A stretch of DNA of 64,000 bases, taken from Octopus sinensis (Eukaryota). The DNA lies in the NCBI RefSeq assembly GCF_006345805.1, contig NC_043015.1, forward strand, positions 48,360,001 through 48,424,000, written 5' to 3'. The notes under the pieces were generated by a model, which was not told the origin of the DNA, searched no databases, and saw nothing but the letters and a program-made list of their open reading frames with translations. The position numbers and the translations under genes were made by a program. Positions 22,633-36,989 of this stretch are shown here, piece after piece (position 1 is the stretch's first letter; every line of letters starts with the position of its first letter).

Positions 22633-23179
22633 CTTCAACAGCAGAGATTAACAGTAAAGGTTGAGAAATTTGCCTTAGAGTTTGGATGTTAGTAAGGAAT
22701 GACGGTTGGAAGTAAGTCCATTAATGTTAAAGACAAGAGACAGAATTGACTAACTGGTTTTATTTTGGTTTCTTGAGGAAATGTGAAGAATGACAGTACT
22801 AGAATGGCAAAACAATACTACTTTAGAAATTGTCCAATTCTTCAAACCATGGTAATTATATATGTAATTAATAAGTTAATGAATATACAGCCATAAGTTC
22901 TACCAAAATTTCTCGTCAATCTCAAACTTCCAAAGACAGAATGACAGCTCCTATGTCAAGTTAAAATAGAGAGAAAATACGATGGAAGAGGGAAAACAAT
23001 AACTTTCACAATCTTATGTCTGTCTTCCATGTTGGTATGGCTTGGACTACTGTTATAGTCATTATAGACAACACCAAAGTATAGTTCGAAAAAAGAATGG
23101 TTAAACCACGTAAGAATATTAGCTAACGTTTTATGAAACAAAATAGAAAATTAGAAAACTTCATTTTTTTTTTCCTTAC

Positions 23180-23251
23180 CTGTTCCTTTCTGCCACTAAT
23201 AGTAAGATTACTAATTGCCCAAGCTGCTTCTTTCTGTGTCTGAAAATCACC
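23180..23251 (-). CDS. KPNA3: Importin alpha-3/4 exon 11: [24 protein letters not shown]
   Basis: TTTCAG acceptor, GTAAGG donor, 72 nt, phase 0/0. Contains the WxxxN motif. Confidence 0.97.
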
Positions 23252-24249
23252 CTGAAAGGAAATAAATTGAAACATTGAAATCATATCAAGTTAAGCATTA
23301 ATCCATTAGCATTCAGATTACTCTATTAAATGTGATGCTCGGGTATTCACATTGTTTTGAATTGGTCATATCAAAATTACGAGAGACTACATGACTATTC
23401 TAGAATAACATTGTAGGGTAAGGTGAGAGAGGCCAGATCTGGCTGGTTCAAAAATAAAACAGCTAGAATACTGAATACTTTGGCCAGATATAGTCGATTT
23501 AAATACTACAGGGTTAATTCTCTAAAAGACTTTTAATATTTAAGGTCATGCAACTTAACATTGGATGATTAGCATAAATCAGCATAGATTTTGTTGATTA
23601 GTATATTTCTGAGTCTCATTATTTTATAGCTTGGAGACTGGAAGTGTTTCAGATTTTGGAATGATCCTGTCTGCAGCAATGAAATGGAACACATTATTCC
23701 TATACATTTCATAAACATTGCTCATAAAATATACCATGAAGGTAGTTTTACAGATGTTTATTAGTAACGTGACTCATAGATATACCATAACAATAGTTTT
23801 GGTGCAAGTTCAAGTTTCACTTTTACCAAAATAAATTTGCTTATTTTTTTTGCCCCACCCAGGGTAGCTATCATTACTCCCAATATCCAAAGATTTGATG
23901 GGTGGCAGGCAACATAAGTACATTTCCCGGGATCTTCCAAATAATTTCTGGAAATTTTCATTTCCACACTTGGAAAATTTTTTTTTTACATTGTGGGCTT
24001 TTTTTCAAATAAAGGGTTATCATAAGGGCAGCAAACTGACAGAACCATCAGATTGAAGTAAAGATGCCTCACAGCTTTGTTCTGGTTGTTCTTGTTCAAA
24101 TCCTGTTGAGACGTATTTTGCTTTTTATCTGTCAAGGAGTGATAATGTAACACACACCAGTGAAATATTAGGGTCAATGGCATCATCTAAGCCTTTTCTC
24201 TTCAAAATTGCCAACCTTGTGTCAAAATGAGAAACCATTATAATTACTA

Positions 24250-24574
24250 CTAGTACTATGACCCAACGTTGCCAGGTCATAGTGCTAGTGCATGCATATA
24301 CAGCTGCGTGCGTGCACACATACGCGAGTACTGTCCAAATCTCCGACCAATCACATACAGCTAGCTGGCATTCAATTGGCGTATCAAGTTTCGGGCATTT
24401 TGATTGGGTTTTGGATAGAAAATTCACAAAAAAGTCACTTCTATAGATTTTTTAATGGCTTTGTGGGGTGACTGGGGAAATGTGAAGATGTGCACGACCA
24501 CCTAACTGAAAAATTGTGGATTTGTATAAAGGACACACACGCAGACATTTTGCCATTTATATATATATATAGGA
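24250..24574 (-). mobile_element. Non-autonomous Helitron, second family
   Basis: Minus strand A|TCCTATATATA...long terminal inverted repeat...CTAG|T. Highly similar to 45723-46085. Confidence 0.75.
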
Positions 24575-24941
24575 TCAGAATTGAAATCGATCAATGGAAA
24601 TTGCAGATGTGTTACCAGTGCCGGTGGCATGTAAGAGAACCTTCCGTTTCGCGACCATTGACAGCACCGCCCCGTTTCGTGTCCGTTGCCAGCCTCGCCT
24701 GTCCCTCGTGCCAGTGGCACATAAAAAGCACCATCTGTTCGTGGCCGTTTGCCAGCTCTGTCTGGCACGTAAAAAGCACCCACTACACTCTCGGAGTGGT
24801 TGGCATTAGGAAAGGCATCCAGCCGTAGAAACACTGCCAGATCAGACTGGAGCCTGGTGCAGCCTCCTGGCTTCACAGACCCCAGTAGAACCGTCCAACC
24901 CATGCTAGCATGGAAAACGGACGCTAAACGATGATGATGAT
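24575..24941 (+). mobile_element. RTE 3'-UTR-derived element with ~55-62-bp subrepeats and a (GAT)n tail
   Basis: GTGCCGGTGGCACGTAAAAAGCACC-type units, then CCATGCTAGCATGG palindrome and GACGCTAAACGATGATGATGAT. Shares motifs with the UTR downstream of the RTE ORF at 52500-52790. A partial copy lies at 25450-25600. Confidence 0.85.
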
Positions 24942-25311
24942 ATATATATAGAGATTATTACACCAATAAGATGACAAATCAGTGTGTTAATGAAGACTAC
25001 TTTAGTTTGGTGATTGAAATTCAAAAAAGTATCATCAGATTTCTAGTTCGGTTTGACTGAGTATATGCTGTGAACATCAGAAAGTTGATTAGTTGATTAA
25101 CTGTCCGTATGTACACACACTACAGAGACCCCCTAAAAGATACTGAATATCTATTTTTATACTTTCAAAACTAAAATGAAACTTAGAAAACAAAACACTT
25201 TTTCTCTCAATAATAATACAACAGAAATTCACTGGATGTTTAAATTGTACAGTTTTATAAGGTAAAGGAAGAAGATTGTTAAAAGTATTGAAACAACAAG
25301 GAAATATTTAC

Positions 25312-25416
25312 TTGTGATAAGTGGTGAATAATCAAGTTAATTAAGCCTGCATCAATAACTGCCTGCACTTGTTGTTGATTTCCTGCTGTGACATTTGATA
25401 AAAACCACACAGCTTC
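25312..25416 (-). CDS. KPNA3: Importin alpha-3/4 exon 10: [35 protein letters not shown]
   Basis: TTCTTCAG acceptor, GTAAAT donor, 105 nt, phase 0/0. Not present in the ORF track. Confidence 0.97.
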
Positions 25417-25982
25417 CTGAAGAATAAAAATAAAGAATAATTAAGGAATTTCAAAATCAAAATCGATCAACATCAATGGAAATTGTAGCTGTGATATCAG
25501 TGCCACGTAAGAGAACCATCCGAACGTGGCCGTTGCCAGCGCTACCCCGACTGGCCTCCGTGCCGGTGGCACGTAAAAATCACCATCCAATTGTGGCCGT
25601 TTGTGGTAAGAAATTTGATTGCCAACCACAAGATACTGGGTTCAGTCCTGCTATGTGACACCATGGGCAAGTGCCTACTATAGCTCTGAGTCAACCCAAA
25701 GTCTTGTGGATGGATGTGGGAAATGGAAATTGAAACCCATCATATGTATGTATGTATGTATGTGTGTGTGTCTGTAGATTTCTATGTCCCCCACCACTAC
25801 TTGACAACTGGTGTTGGTTTGTTTGCAGCCTTGCAATTAGCATTTCAGCAAGAAACTGAGAGGAATAAATTTCCAGCTTAAAAAAAATAAATACTGGCGT
25901 TGATTTTATGGCAGTGGCCCAGTACTGCCACAATCCAATGTCTGAAACAAATAAAAAGAGAAAAAAAAAAAAAAAAAATTAC

Positions 25983-26111
25983 CTTGTTGATTTTCTCTTT
26001 GGGATGCATCAATAGAGGAGGGAAGTGCTGCAGTGCATCACAATTGAGGACAATTTGTGTCTGTTCATCGGTGCCAGTAACAATGTTACCAACAGCACGA
26101 AGAGCTGCAGT
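25983..26111 (-). CDS. KPNA3: Importin alpha-3/4 exon 9: [43 protein letters not shown]
   Basis: CCTTCCAG acceptor, GTAATT donor, 129 nt, phase 0/0. Confidence 0.97.
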
Positions 26112-26160
26112 CTGGAAGGAAAAGGAAAAAGAAAATAAATAAATAAACGTTAAGTGATTT

Positions 26161-26525
26161 AGCTTGCTAACCATCCACATGGTTCTGGGTTCAGTCCCAC
26201 TGCGTGGCATCTTGGGCAAGCGTCTTCTGCTATAGCCTCAGGACAACCAAAGCCTTGTGAGTGGATTTGGTTGACGGAAACTGAAAGAAGCCTGTCGTAT
26301 ATATGTGTGTATATATATGTATGTGTGTGTATATGTTTGTCCTTCTAGCATTGCTTGACAACTGATGCTGGTGTGTTTATGTCCCCATCACTTAGCAGTT
26401 CGGCAAAAGAGACCGATCGAATAAGTACTGGGCTTACAAAGAATAAGTCCCGGGGCCGATTTGCTCGGCTAAAGGCGGTGCTCCAGCATGGCCGCAGTCA
26501 AATGACTGAAACAAGTAATAGAGTA
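26161..26525 (+). mobile_element. Family A SINE, slightly 5'-truncated, 50 bp from the exon 9 acceptor
   Basis: Core, microsatellite and tail as in the other copies. Confidence 0.9.
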
Positions 26526-26649
26526 ATAATTTATTTCCGAAGTAAAAAGTAATTTTGTACGAAAGAAGTAGACTGAAATAAACTTTACCCTTTAGCATTC
26601 AGATTATCCTATCAAATGTAATGCTTATTTATCCACATTGCTCTCAATT

Positions 26650-26760
26650 CATCATCATCATTGTTTATCGTCCGTTTTCCATGCTGGCATGGGTTGGACG
26701 GTTTGACAGGTCTGAAAAGCCAGCAGCTGCACCAGGCTCCAATCTTATCTGGCAGCATTG
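26650..26760 (-). mobile_element. RTE 3'-tail repeat
   Basis: Reverse complement of the 3' end of 24575-24941. Confidence 0.8.
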
Positions 26761-28059
26761 AGATTTTGACAGGTTTTTTTTTTATCTTTAGAATGACATT
26801 GCAAGTAGGTGTGAAAAGCTGGATCTGGCCAGTTTAATCCTTTAGGATTTAAACCGGCCAAATCTGGCACAAATGTTCTGTGTTTTACATTCAAACTGGC
26901 CAGATCTAACCTCTCATACCTAGCCTACACTAACATTCTAAAAATAAACAATCACATCATCGAAACCTCAAAGCTGTAATTAATTCAAAGCAATTTCAAT
27001 AAAAAAAGCATTACATTTGACAATAATCCGAACACTAAAGGGTTAAAATACGAGTCAAAATATTATACCTTATTTGCATAGAGTTACAGATTTTACAACT
27101 TTAATGAAAAAAGACTAAAAGGCATGGCTGTGAGGGTTCAGGTTCAGTCCCAATGCATGGCACTCTGGGCAAATGTTTTCTATTTTCCTGGGCCAACCAA
27201 TGCTTTGTGAGTGAGTAGACAGAACCTGTATTGAAACCCGCGATGTGCGTTTTTCTGTCTTCCCCCACCCTCTTCCCTATCACTTGATGACCCGTGTTAG
27301 TTTGTTTATTTCCTCCTGATTTTGCTGTTCAGCAAAAGAGACCAATAGAATAAGAATCAGAGTTTAAATGGTGGTAGAGGGATGGGGAACTGCATGGTAA
27401 GAAGCTTGTTTCCCAACCACAGAGTTCAGGGATCAGTCCCATTGTGTGTCATGAGGCAAGTGTCTTCTACTACAGCCTCAGGCCAACCAAAACCTTGCAC
27501 ATATATGCATCCCACCATTGCTTGGCAACTGGTGTTAATATGTTCACATCCCCATAACATAGCAGGTCAGTAAAAGAGACCAATATAATAAGTACCGGAT
27601 TTAAAAAGAAAAGTACTGGGGGTGTGATCAGTCTAACCAAAATTCAAGCCAATGCCCTAACATGTTCTCAGTTTAATAACTGAAACATGTTAAAAGTAAA
27701 ACCCTTCAGTTCTTCAACATCAACTAAGTCCAGAAAGTAAAAGAAGATATAGATATAGAAATTGTCAGAAAAATGAAAAATAAATCAAAACCCAGCCACC
27801 ACAACAGAATTGATATCATGAAACCAAGGTGCCATGTAAAAAGCATCCAGTACACTCTGTAAAGTGGTTGGCATTAGGAGGGGCATCCAGCTGTAGAGAC
27901 CATACAAAATCAGACTATGGAACTTGAAACAGCTCCTTGGTCTTACCAGATCCTGTCAAACGGTCCAGCTCATGCCAGTGTGGAAAATACACATTACATG
28001 ATGATGAAATTTGTCAATTCAAAACTTGAATAATGATTCCAAGTTCTATTACAATTCTA

Positions 28060-28221
<162 letters not shown>

Positions 28222-29167
28222 CTAAAATGAAAAAAAAAAAAAAAACATATATAATTGAAATTACATAAGAATCAAGAAACTTCAAGAGAATGAGTTGAAC
28301 TTGAAATAGAAAAAGATACAAAAATAGCATGTAAATAGTGGCTTATGAAAAACACCAACCTTTGACTTTTTCTATCCAAATGTGTTGTTCACCTAATATT
28401 TACGTGCTATTTTTTATAGCTATTTCTACTTTGAGTGGAACCATTATTAATCAAAATAAGACATGTTAACCAATTTTAAATTCACAAAGTACTGAACAAC
28501 CATTGAAGAGTTAGAAGATTGTTTTCTGTTATTTATGATCCTCTTATACCTAACTCAAAATACGGACTACTGGGGTGGTCCCCATATACATACCTGTAAA
28601 TATTCACTACTGGGATGTAATAAACAGCTCAGTGCAAAATTACATTCCTGTGGCTGTCAGTATTGAGTCAAACTCTTTCTCGATGTATTGCTTTTTTCCC
28701 CAAAAAAATGTTGGGCAATACAAGTTTTAGATAAAACTGTGTTGGGTCAACTATAACTAAGCCATTTAGTGGGCAAATCATTTCAGCATTTTTTTTTTCT
28801 TGAAGCCTAAGACTAACAAGGCCATTAACCCAGTTTTCCATGGCATATCAGTGACTGAAGTCACACTACCCTTGAATGAGATGCTGGTCCATTGCAGGAT
28901 TCAAGACCAGCGAATTTTGAGGGGAAAGGGACATATCAATTACATCGACTCCAAAACTTGAACTCCAAAAGGATGAAAAGGTAAAACTGACCATGGCAAG
29001 ATATAAACTCAATGTAAAGAGCCAAGCAGAAATGCCAGTGAGCATTTTGTCTGACATGCTAATGATTCTGCCGGCTTGCTAATTCCAGAATTAAATAAAT
29101 CTGAGTAAGCAGGGATCATGTTGAGACATTACTGCATCTTTCTTATTCAAAACTGATTATAATAGTC

Positions 29168-29357
29168 CTTTCCGTATTCAGTTGCTGAAGCATGGAATAA
29201 ACTGCCTGCGTCAGTTGTTGACTGCCATGACACTGCATCCTTTAAGGCCCTCATGCTTTCCGAAATCCGTCGAAACTACACCTGATTATATATACACTTT
29301 CGATGAGTTGTAGTGCACCTGAGCACTGTACACAATGTTTATTATTATTATTATTAT
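29168..29357 (+). mobile_element. CR1-like LINE 3' end with a (TTA)n tail
   Basis: Translates VAEAWNKLPASVVDCHDTASFKALMLSEIRRNYT*. Same family as 51452-51880. Confidence 0.85.
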
Positions 29358-29750
29358 AATGTTTCATAGTTTACTTTTGTCTTTTGTGAAACATCTACAG
29401 CTTGTGCACTGATAAATGGTTTAAGTGTTCTAAATTCTAGTGAGGATATAAACACAGAAATAAGTCTTTTATTTAGAAAACATTGCATATAGGTTTCGTT
29501 TGTGCATCGGAAATAACAAGTATAATACCGTAAAACTATATCTCAATTACTTATGACAATGTATTTGGATGGCAATTTTGTAACCATAATTCACCGACCA
29601 GGTCGACATTTGCATTATTTAGGGACTGACCGTATACAGAAACTGGTCTTAAATGCACATTTCATAGTTACTGTTCTCATCTTTTCATTAGATGATGCTT
29701 TGTTCTCTCGGTGGCCATTTTTACCAATCAGTGGATTCAATATGTATATA

Positions 29751-29981
29751 CTTATTTCTTCACTACCCACAAGGGACTAAACACAGAGAGGACAAACGGA
29801 CAGATAAACGGATTAAGTCGATAATATCGACCCCAGTGCGTAACTGGTACTTATTTAATCGACCCCGAAAGGATGAAAGGCAAAGTTGACCTCGGCGGAA
29901 TTTGAACTCAGAACGTAACGGCAGACGAAATACTGCTAAGCATTTCGCCCGGCGTGCTAACGTTTCTGCCAGCTCACCGCC
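29751..29981 (-). mobile_element. Family B SINE, near full length, low divergence
   Basis: GGCGGTGAGCTGGCAGAAACGTTAGCACGCCGGGCGAAATG...CTGAGTTCAAATTCCGCCGAGG... Confidence 0.9.
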
Positions 29982-30266
29982 TTTTCAATATGTATATACT
30001 GTCTACAATCTGGTTGCTCTTCCTATACTGTCACAAATTTATGTTCCCAAGTGTCTCTGTAATGGCTCCTGTATAATTAGTCCCACTGCTGCTGTGGCTA
30101 CTAGCACACAACAGGCATCCAATGGTTAAAATGCTTTCTAATTAGTTTTCAAGTTAAGGTCAATAGAAAGAACACCCCATCAACAAGCTCCAGTTCAGGG
30201 ATAACAGCATCGATCCTTCGTGCTGAAGCAGCTTATGTCCAACATCAACATATCCCATATTATCCT

Positions 30267-30500
30267 CCAAGCATCATATGTGACATTACCATGCATGGGC
30301 GCTCACAAGACAATTCTTGCAGTAATGTGGTCAGGATGGCACATGCTGTGAATGGCAGGCCTCAGTCTCTTCTGTTACCAAAGCCAAGCATCATATGTGA
30401 CATTACCATGCATGGGCGCTCACAAGACAATTCTTGCAGTTATGCGGTCAGGATGGCACATGCTGTGAATAGCAGGCGTCAGTCTCTTCTGTTACCAAAG
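30267..30500. repeat. Tandem duplication, 2 x 117 bp
   Basis: Units start CCAAGCATCATATGTG at 30267 and 30384 and differ by only a few substitutions. Confidence 0.9.
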
Positions 30501-30790
30501 ACAGACCAAAACAGAAGTCAACACTGTCCATATTTCCCATGCAAAGTATGATGATGACGAGGACGAGAGACTGGGAAATTGGAAAGATGTTGTGTGTGTA
30601 TTTTCTTCAGGCAACAACCTAAGTGAAATATTTTCATGTGCAAATTGAAATTAGATAACACACGTCTTTTGTAAGACCGATATTCATGAAGTAAAGTATT
30701 CATCTTTTTAAAAAAAACATTCATCAGAACAGATATTGGACTGAACAAACGAGGAAAGACAACAAAGATTAGAATCAGGTAAATACTTAC

Positions 30791-31005
30791 GTTAATATCT
30801 ACATGGTGAATCAGATTACACAAGGCAGGTAGAATTTCATTAATTGTTTCCGGTGGAGGTGGTGGCTCTTTGTTACGACATAAATTCACTATTACCCATG
30901 CAACATTTCGTAAAAATGGCAAAGGAATTGAGGGGCTGATGAAAGACAAGAGAGGGCTGACAGCACCTAAGCTAATCACATAGTCTCGACACTGAGGGCC
31001 ATCAC
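30791..31005 (-). CDS. KPNA3: Importin alpha-3/4 exon 7: (G)[71 protein letters not shown]
   Basis: TTTTTAG acceptor, GTAAGT donor, 215 nt, phase 1 to 0. Confidence 0.97.
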
Positions 31006-31280
31006 CTAAAAACAAAAATATATAACAATTATCATTAGCAATAGATAAACACAAATGAAAAACATCTTCAGGGAAGAAAAATATTTTTTACAATAAAGCC
31101 CTGCTTGGCTTCTGTACAAGGATATTTCAGATCTTACAAACTAATGTAAAGACTGTACACTACCATCCTTTCATTGATGGACAACAACCGGAAATGTTCC
31201 CAAGAAACACTCGCAAAATGAGATGCAAAATTGTGGTTGATGGTTTGCAAGGCAGAAAGTAGGTACTGATATGCATTTCA

Positions 31281-31996
<716 letters not shown>

Positions 31997-32172
31997 CTAG
32001 AATTTGATGAAACTAACAATGATGTTTGACAATAACGGCTCATTTACTGGTGTCATATAAAAAGAAATATTTAATACTTCCGACAGAATTACATCAAAGA
32101 GTCCTATCCAAAGTGTTAAATATCTCTTATCTTTACATTTCATTAATTACATTTTGAAGAACAAAGTCTTAC

Positions 32173-32258
32173 CTGCATTGACTACAGCCTGTGTTTGTGC
32201 TGATGTACCAGAAGCTATATTAGTCAGCGCCCATGCAGCTTCAAATTGCAGTGATGGG
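32173..32258 (-). CDS. KPNA3: Importin alpha-3/4 exon 5: (N)[28 protein letters not shown]
   Basis: Poly-T then CTCAAG acceptor, GTAAGA donor, 86 nt, phase 2 to 1. Contains the major NLS-site WxxxN motif. Confidence 0.97.
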
Positions 32259-32322
32259 CTTGAGAAAAAAAAAAAAAAATTAAAATTAATTTTGACAAAA
32301 GACTAAAGAATTAAGATTCTGT

Positions 32323-32550
32323 TTAACCCTTTCGTTACCAACCCGGCTGAAACCGGCTCTGGCTCTAAGTACAAATGTCTTGTTTTCATAAGTTTTGAAT
32401 TAAAATCTTCCACTAAACCTTAGTCACAATTTATGTTCCTAACACTGGCTGAATGATAACTAAGTTATTTCACTAAATTCTTGGTTATATTTAAAGTAAT
32501 TGAAAGAAAAACAGAGCATCTCAAAATAAATACAGTAATGAAAGGGTTAA
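32323..32550 (+). mobile_element. piggyBac-type MITE, 220 bp between TTAA TSDs
   Basis: TTAA|CCCTTTCGTTAC...GTAATGAAAGGG|TTAA. Confidence 0.9.
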
Positions 32551-32773
32551 GAAAAGTTTATAAACAACTCAGTAAAAAGAAAGCACCAGTTTTAATCCTT
32601 TCAACATCAATCTGCCCCAGACTGCCCCTGGTTCTATGATATAAACTTCTTGTTTTAAATTAAAACCCTCCATCAAAATTACATGTTAATTCATATTGCA
32701 AACATCAGCTATATTTTTACTAAATTCTTCATTAATTTCAATAGAAATATAGTAACAAAAGGATTCAAGTAAT

Positions 32774-33003
32774 TTAACCCTTTAGCATTCAAACTGGCTA
32801 TATCTGGCCAAAATATTTAACCTGTTTTATATTGAAACAGACCAGATCTCACCTCTCACCTCAGCCCTACCATGTCATTCTAAAACTTTAAAAAATCACA
32901 TCACTGGGATCTCTAAACTACAAGATAATGCAGGATTAATTCAAACCATTTTAAATAAACAAACATCACATTTGACAGAATAATCTGAACACTAAAGGGT
33001 TGA
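32774..33003. mobile_element. piggyBac-type MITE (CCCTTTAGCATT family)
   Basis: TTAA|CCCTTTAGCATTC...GAACACTAAAGGG|TTGA. Confidence 0.8.
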
Positions 33004-33141
33004 ATTAAAACCTGATGACAAAATTTCATAATTTTTATTCCGAACACCAGCCTAATAACGACAAAGTTATTTTACTAACTTCTTCGTTAATTTCAAAATT
33101 AATTGAAACAAAGGCAGTACGTTCCGAAATACAGAAATTTA

Positions 33142-33311
33142 GGCGCAGGAGTGGCTGTGTGGTAAGTAGCTTGTTTACCAACCACATGGTTCCGGGTTCA
33201 GTCCCACTGCGTGGCATCTTGGGCAAGTGTCTTCTGCTATAGCCCCGGGCCGACCAATGCCTTGTGAGTGGATTTGGTAGACAGAAACTGAAAGAAGCCT
33301 GTCGTATATAT

Positions 33312-33372
<61 letters not shown>

Positions 33373-33560
33373 TTGTCCCCCTAGCATTGCTTGACAACCG
33401 ATGCTGGTGTGTTTACATCCCCGTCACTTAGCGGTTCGGCAAAAGAGACCGATAGAATAAGTACTGGGCTTACAAAGAATAAGTCCCGGGGTCGATTTGC
33501 TTGACTAAAGGCGGTGCTCCAGCATGGCCGCAGTCAAATGACTGAAAAGAGTAAAGAGTA
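33142..33560 (+). mobile_element. Family A SINE, full length, with an expanded (TA)n
   Basis: Intact head and tail; (TA)n tract at ~33305-33360. Confidence 0.92.
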
Positions 33561-34629
33561 TTCCAACCGAAATAGGGTAACAGAAGAGTTTGAATTATTG
33601 GAACATATCTGATCAACTTGATGTGGAGAAATTGACAATGACAAAGAAGTAAAACCCTCATACATCCAGATGGTCTTTTTCTCACTGATCACAGTAGTTG
33701 CAAGTGTGGCTGAGAGCTAAGTTTGCTTACCAACCACATATTTGCTACTATAGCCCTGGGCTGATCAAAACCTTGTAATATATGTACACACACATGCATG
33801 CATGTGTGAATCTCATTCCCTTCTCATTGCATGAGAGCTGTAAATGATCTCTTCAGTCAAAGACGAAGTGCCCTTCATTTCCAATATGCTGTGAGAACAT
33901 GTCTGCCCATGGAGTAATATTACCTTGCTTTGAAACAGGCAAAGGTTAGCAACAAAAAGGACATTAGACAGTAGAAAAATTTGCCTCAATATGCTCCATT
34001 TGATATATGCGCGCATGGAAAAATGGACATTCAAATGATGATGAGGAGAATGAAAAATGATAATGTAAATATGGAGGTTTTAGACAATTAGGTTTTTATA
34101 GCATACAAAACTGTATGGGAGTCATGTTAGATTAGGACCTGATGTATTCTTTGAAAACTGAAGGTTTCTGATTTTGGTTCAACATAGAGAAATGCTTTTT
34201 GTAAATAGATTTGTTCAAGCACATGTTAGTGCAAGATCTAACTAAAATTGGTGCAAAGTCATGTTGTATACTATGAAAGTAAAAGTAGGTACCTAACAGG
34301 AATGTTGCGGTCATGATTCAAAGCTGCTAACATGGCTATTAAAGTGAATGATGCACAAAATACTTGTTCGAAATGGAAAGCACCAAAAATAAATAACGAC
34401 ACTTCATGGAAATGCAACTTGGCAAAAGTATTCAAAGTACCGTAATCTATGTAAATGGAACTTGCGACATGTTATCTTCCCTATTTCCTGCAGAGAACAA
34501 ATGGATTAGCAGAGAAGCAAGTTAAACATTTCCAGACAGATAAACTTGAGCCACACAAAAGGACAACAGCAACCAAGACTAAAAAAGATATTCTCCCTAT
34601 ATACACTAATACTTTTTGTCTTATTTAAT

Positions 34630-34970
34630 TGGTTCAGTTATTAGACTGGCATTGCCTTCAAGAATTTTTAGTCAAACGAATTGACACCGGAACTTATTTT
34701 TCTGTTAAGCCTGATATTTATCCTATCAGTCTTTCTGCTGAGCTACCAAGTTACAGGGATGTAAACACACCAACACCAGTTGCCAAGTGGAGGCCGGGGC
34801 ACAAACAAAGACACACACATACACAAAAGGCTTCTTTCAGTTTCTGCCTAACAAATCCACTCACAAGGCATTGGTCAGCCCGAAACTATAATAAGGTGCT
34901 GTGGAGTGGGATTGAACACAGAAACATGTGACTGGGAAGCAAGCATCTTACCACATAGCCACAGCCACAT
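34630..34970 (-). mobile_element. Older family A SINE
   Basis: Reverse complement of head, core and tail, with deletions. Confidence 0.75.
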
Positions 34971-35477
34971 TTGCACCCAATAACATATTCATAGAGCATT
35001 AATCAAAGGCAACTACAACTGATGACACACTAATATATCTATTTATAGAGCATTAGTTGAAAGACAACCAACAAATGATCAAACACTTATATTTATAGAA
35101 CATGAAAACAGCTGTTATGCTAATGAACATACTAATGATCATAAGCCCGATAAACGAGTAAAGCTGTGTAATGTTAAATGGTTGAGTATAATAATCCCTA
35201 TGGAGAATTACCATATTTTTGTTGATATATGCAGTCCTTTGTTCCAATTAATTTTTAAAATAACGAAGAATTCAGTAGAATAACTGTGATTATTAAGCCA
35301 GTGTTCAGAACATAAATATTTGACAGATGGTTTTAATTTACATTACAGGATGGTAGGTTTTAATTTACATAGAACACTGCTTGGGTGGATTGGTATCAAA
35401 AGGGGTTTTAAAAATTCTCTCGTTTTTGTTGCAATGGTTTACTCAGAAACCAGGAAGGTTTTTATGTTTATTGATAC

Positions 35478-35825
35478 GATGGCACGTAAAAGAACCATCC
35501 GAACGTGGCCGTTGCCAGCGCTACCCCGACTGGCCTCCGTGCTGGTGGTACGTAAAAAGCACCATCCGATCGTGGCCGTTGCCAGCCTCATCTGGCCTCT
35601 GTGCCAGTGGCAAGTAAAAAGCACCGTCCTATCATGGCCGTTTGCCAGCCTCGTCTGGCACGTAAAAAGGACCCACTACACTCATGGAGTGGTTGGCGTC
35701 AGGAAGGGCATCCAGCTGTAGAAACACTGCCAGATCAGACTGGGCTTGGTGCAGCCTTCTGGCTTCCCAGACCCCAGTTGAACCGTCCAACCCATGCTAG
35801 CATGGAAAGCAGATGTTAAACGATT
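35478..35825 (+). mobile_element. RTE 3'-UTR-derived element
   Basis: Same subrepeats and CCATGCTAGCATGG end as 24575-24941. Confidence 0.85.
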
Positions 35826-36989
35826 GGCAAAGATTTAGTTAATGTTATACTAATTGCATGTACCACCACTAAAACACATCATTTCTACAGGTGTTTTCCC
35901 AAGTTGGAATTGGTGGAATGAAATTTGCTTAAGCAGGCCAAATGTCATTCTTCTCACCAACCTTTGTTTCCATGGTGGCACACAGAACAAACCCAAAACC
36001 ACATGACTGCAATGTGAACAGTTTAACCTTGTAACCATACTCGCTTCTATGGTATATAACTTTTGAGGAATAGCCATGAAATACAGTTCTACTGGAGATG
36101 ATCTTGCATCTAAAGCAGTGTTCTTTATGTTTTTAACTTATGTCTTCAAGTTCTTAGTTTATATTACTGCTCACTCCATCAGTTACCTAACTACTGTATT
36201 TTGCTGTTGTAATTAGGAGGACAGAAGTACATATTTTATATTTTCTAAAAGACTAAGATACCCTACTCCCAACCACTTTGCTTGACATCCATCCTATAAA
36301 AACTCAGACAGCTAAAGCTTGGTAAGCCCTTAACTGGATGTTCACCCTTCTGCACAATCAATACAAACTCAGATGTATCGTTGATAATACATTCTTTCCA
36401 ATACCTTTCCCAAACTCTAGTCACCATCTCTCCCTTACCTTCAACCTAATTCATGTTTATCATTGATCCCAGCACCACCTCAACCATTGTTCATCATTCA
36501 ATATATCCCCAATCTTACTCCATCTCTGACCAGCCCTCATTCCTTCCAGACACTCTTTCAACCACTAACTGCCCACCCTTCTTATTCTTCTGCCCCAGGC
36601 ACAACCCCTTGACACTACTCTCTAGTACCACTTCGCTTACTCCCGCCCACTTTTGTATAATGTAAGCAGCCATGCGTCTACAGCAAGAAACCTGTTCTGA
36701 GCCTTCCTTACATTTCATACCCTAACCTTTCACTCCCAAACATAAAGCTGACCCCCTTCTCCTCTATAGCATCATTCAGTCAAAGGGTAGCTAAGTCTTT
36801 TAGCTACATTCACTTTCAGGTTTAACTTAAGCTTTATGATACCAGTCTACCTGAGATTGCAACTGGTTCACTGATACAAACATCTCGTTTCAAAATGACC
36901 TTAGATTAAAACCATCAAAATTTCATGTGTTAATTTATGTTCTAAATATCAACTTTAATAACAGCAAAGTTACTAAATTCTTCATTACC

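Noticed and set aside
36240-36760. Purine-biased minus-strand segment, and a similar one at 46630-47030, as extra KPNA exons or a nested gene
   Set aside because: The KPNA3 CDS is complete without them, they have multiple stops and no paired splice sites. They are probably old LINE debris that I could not assign.
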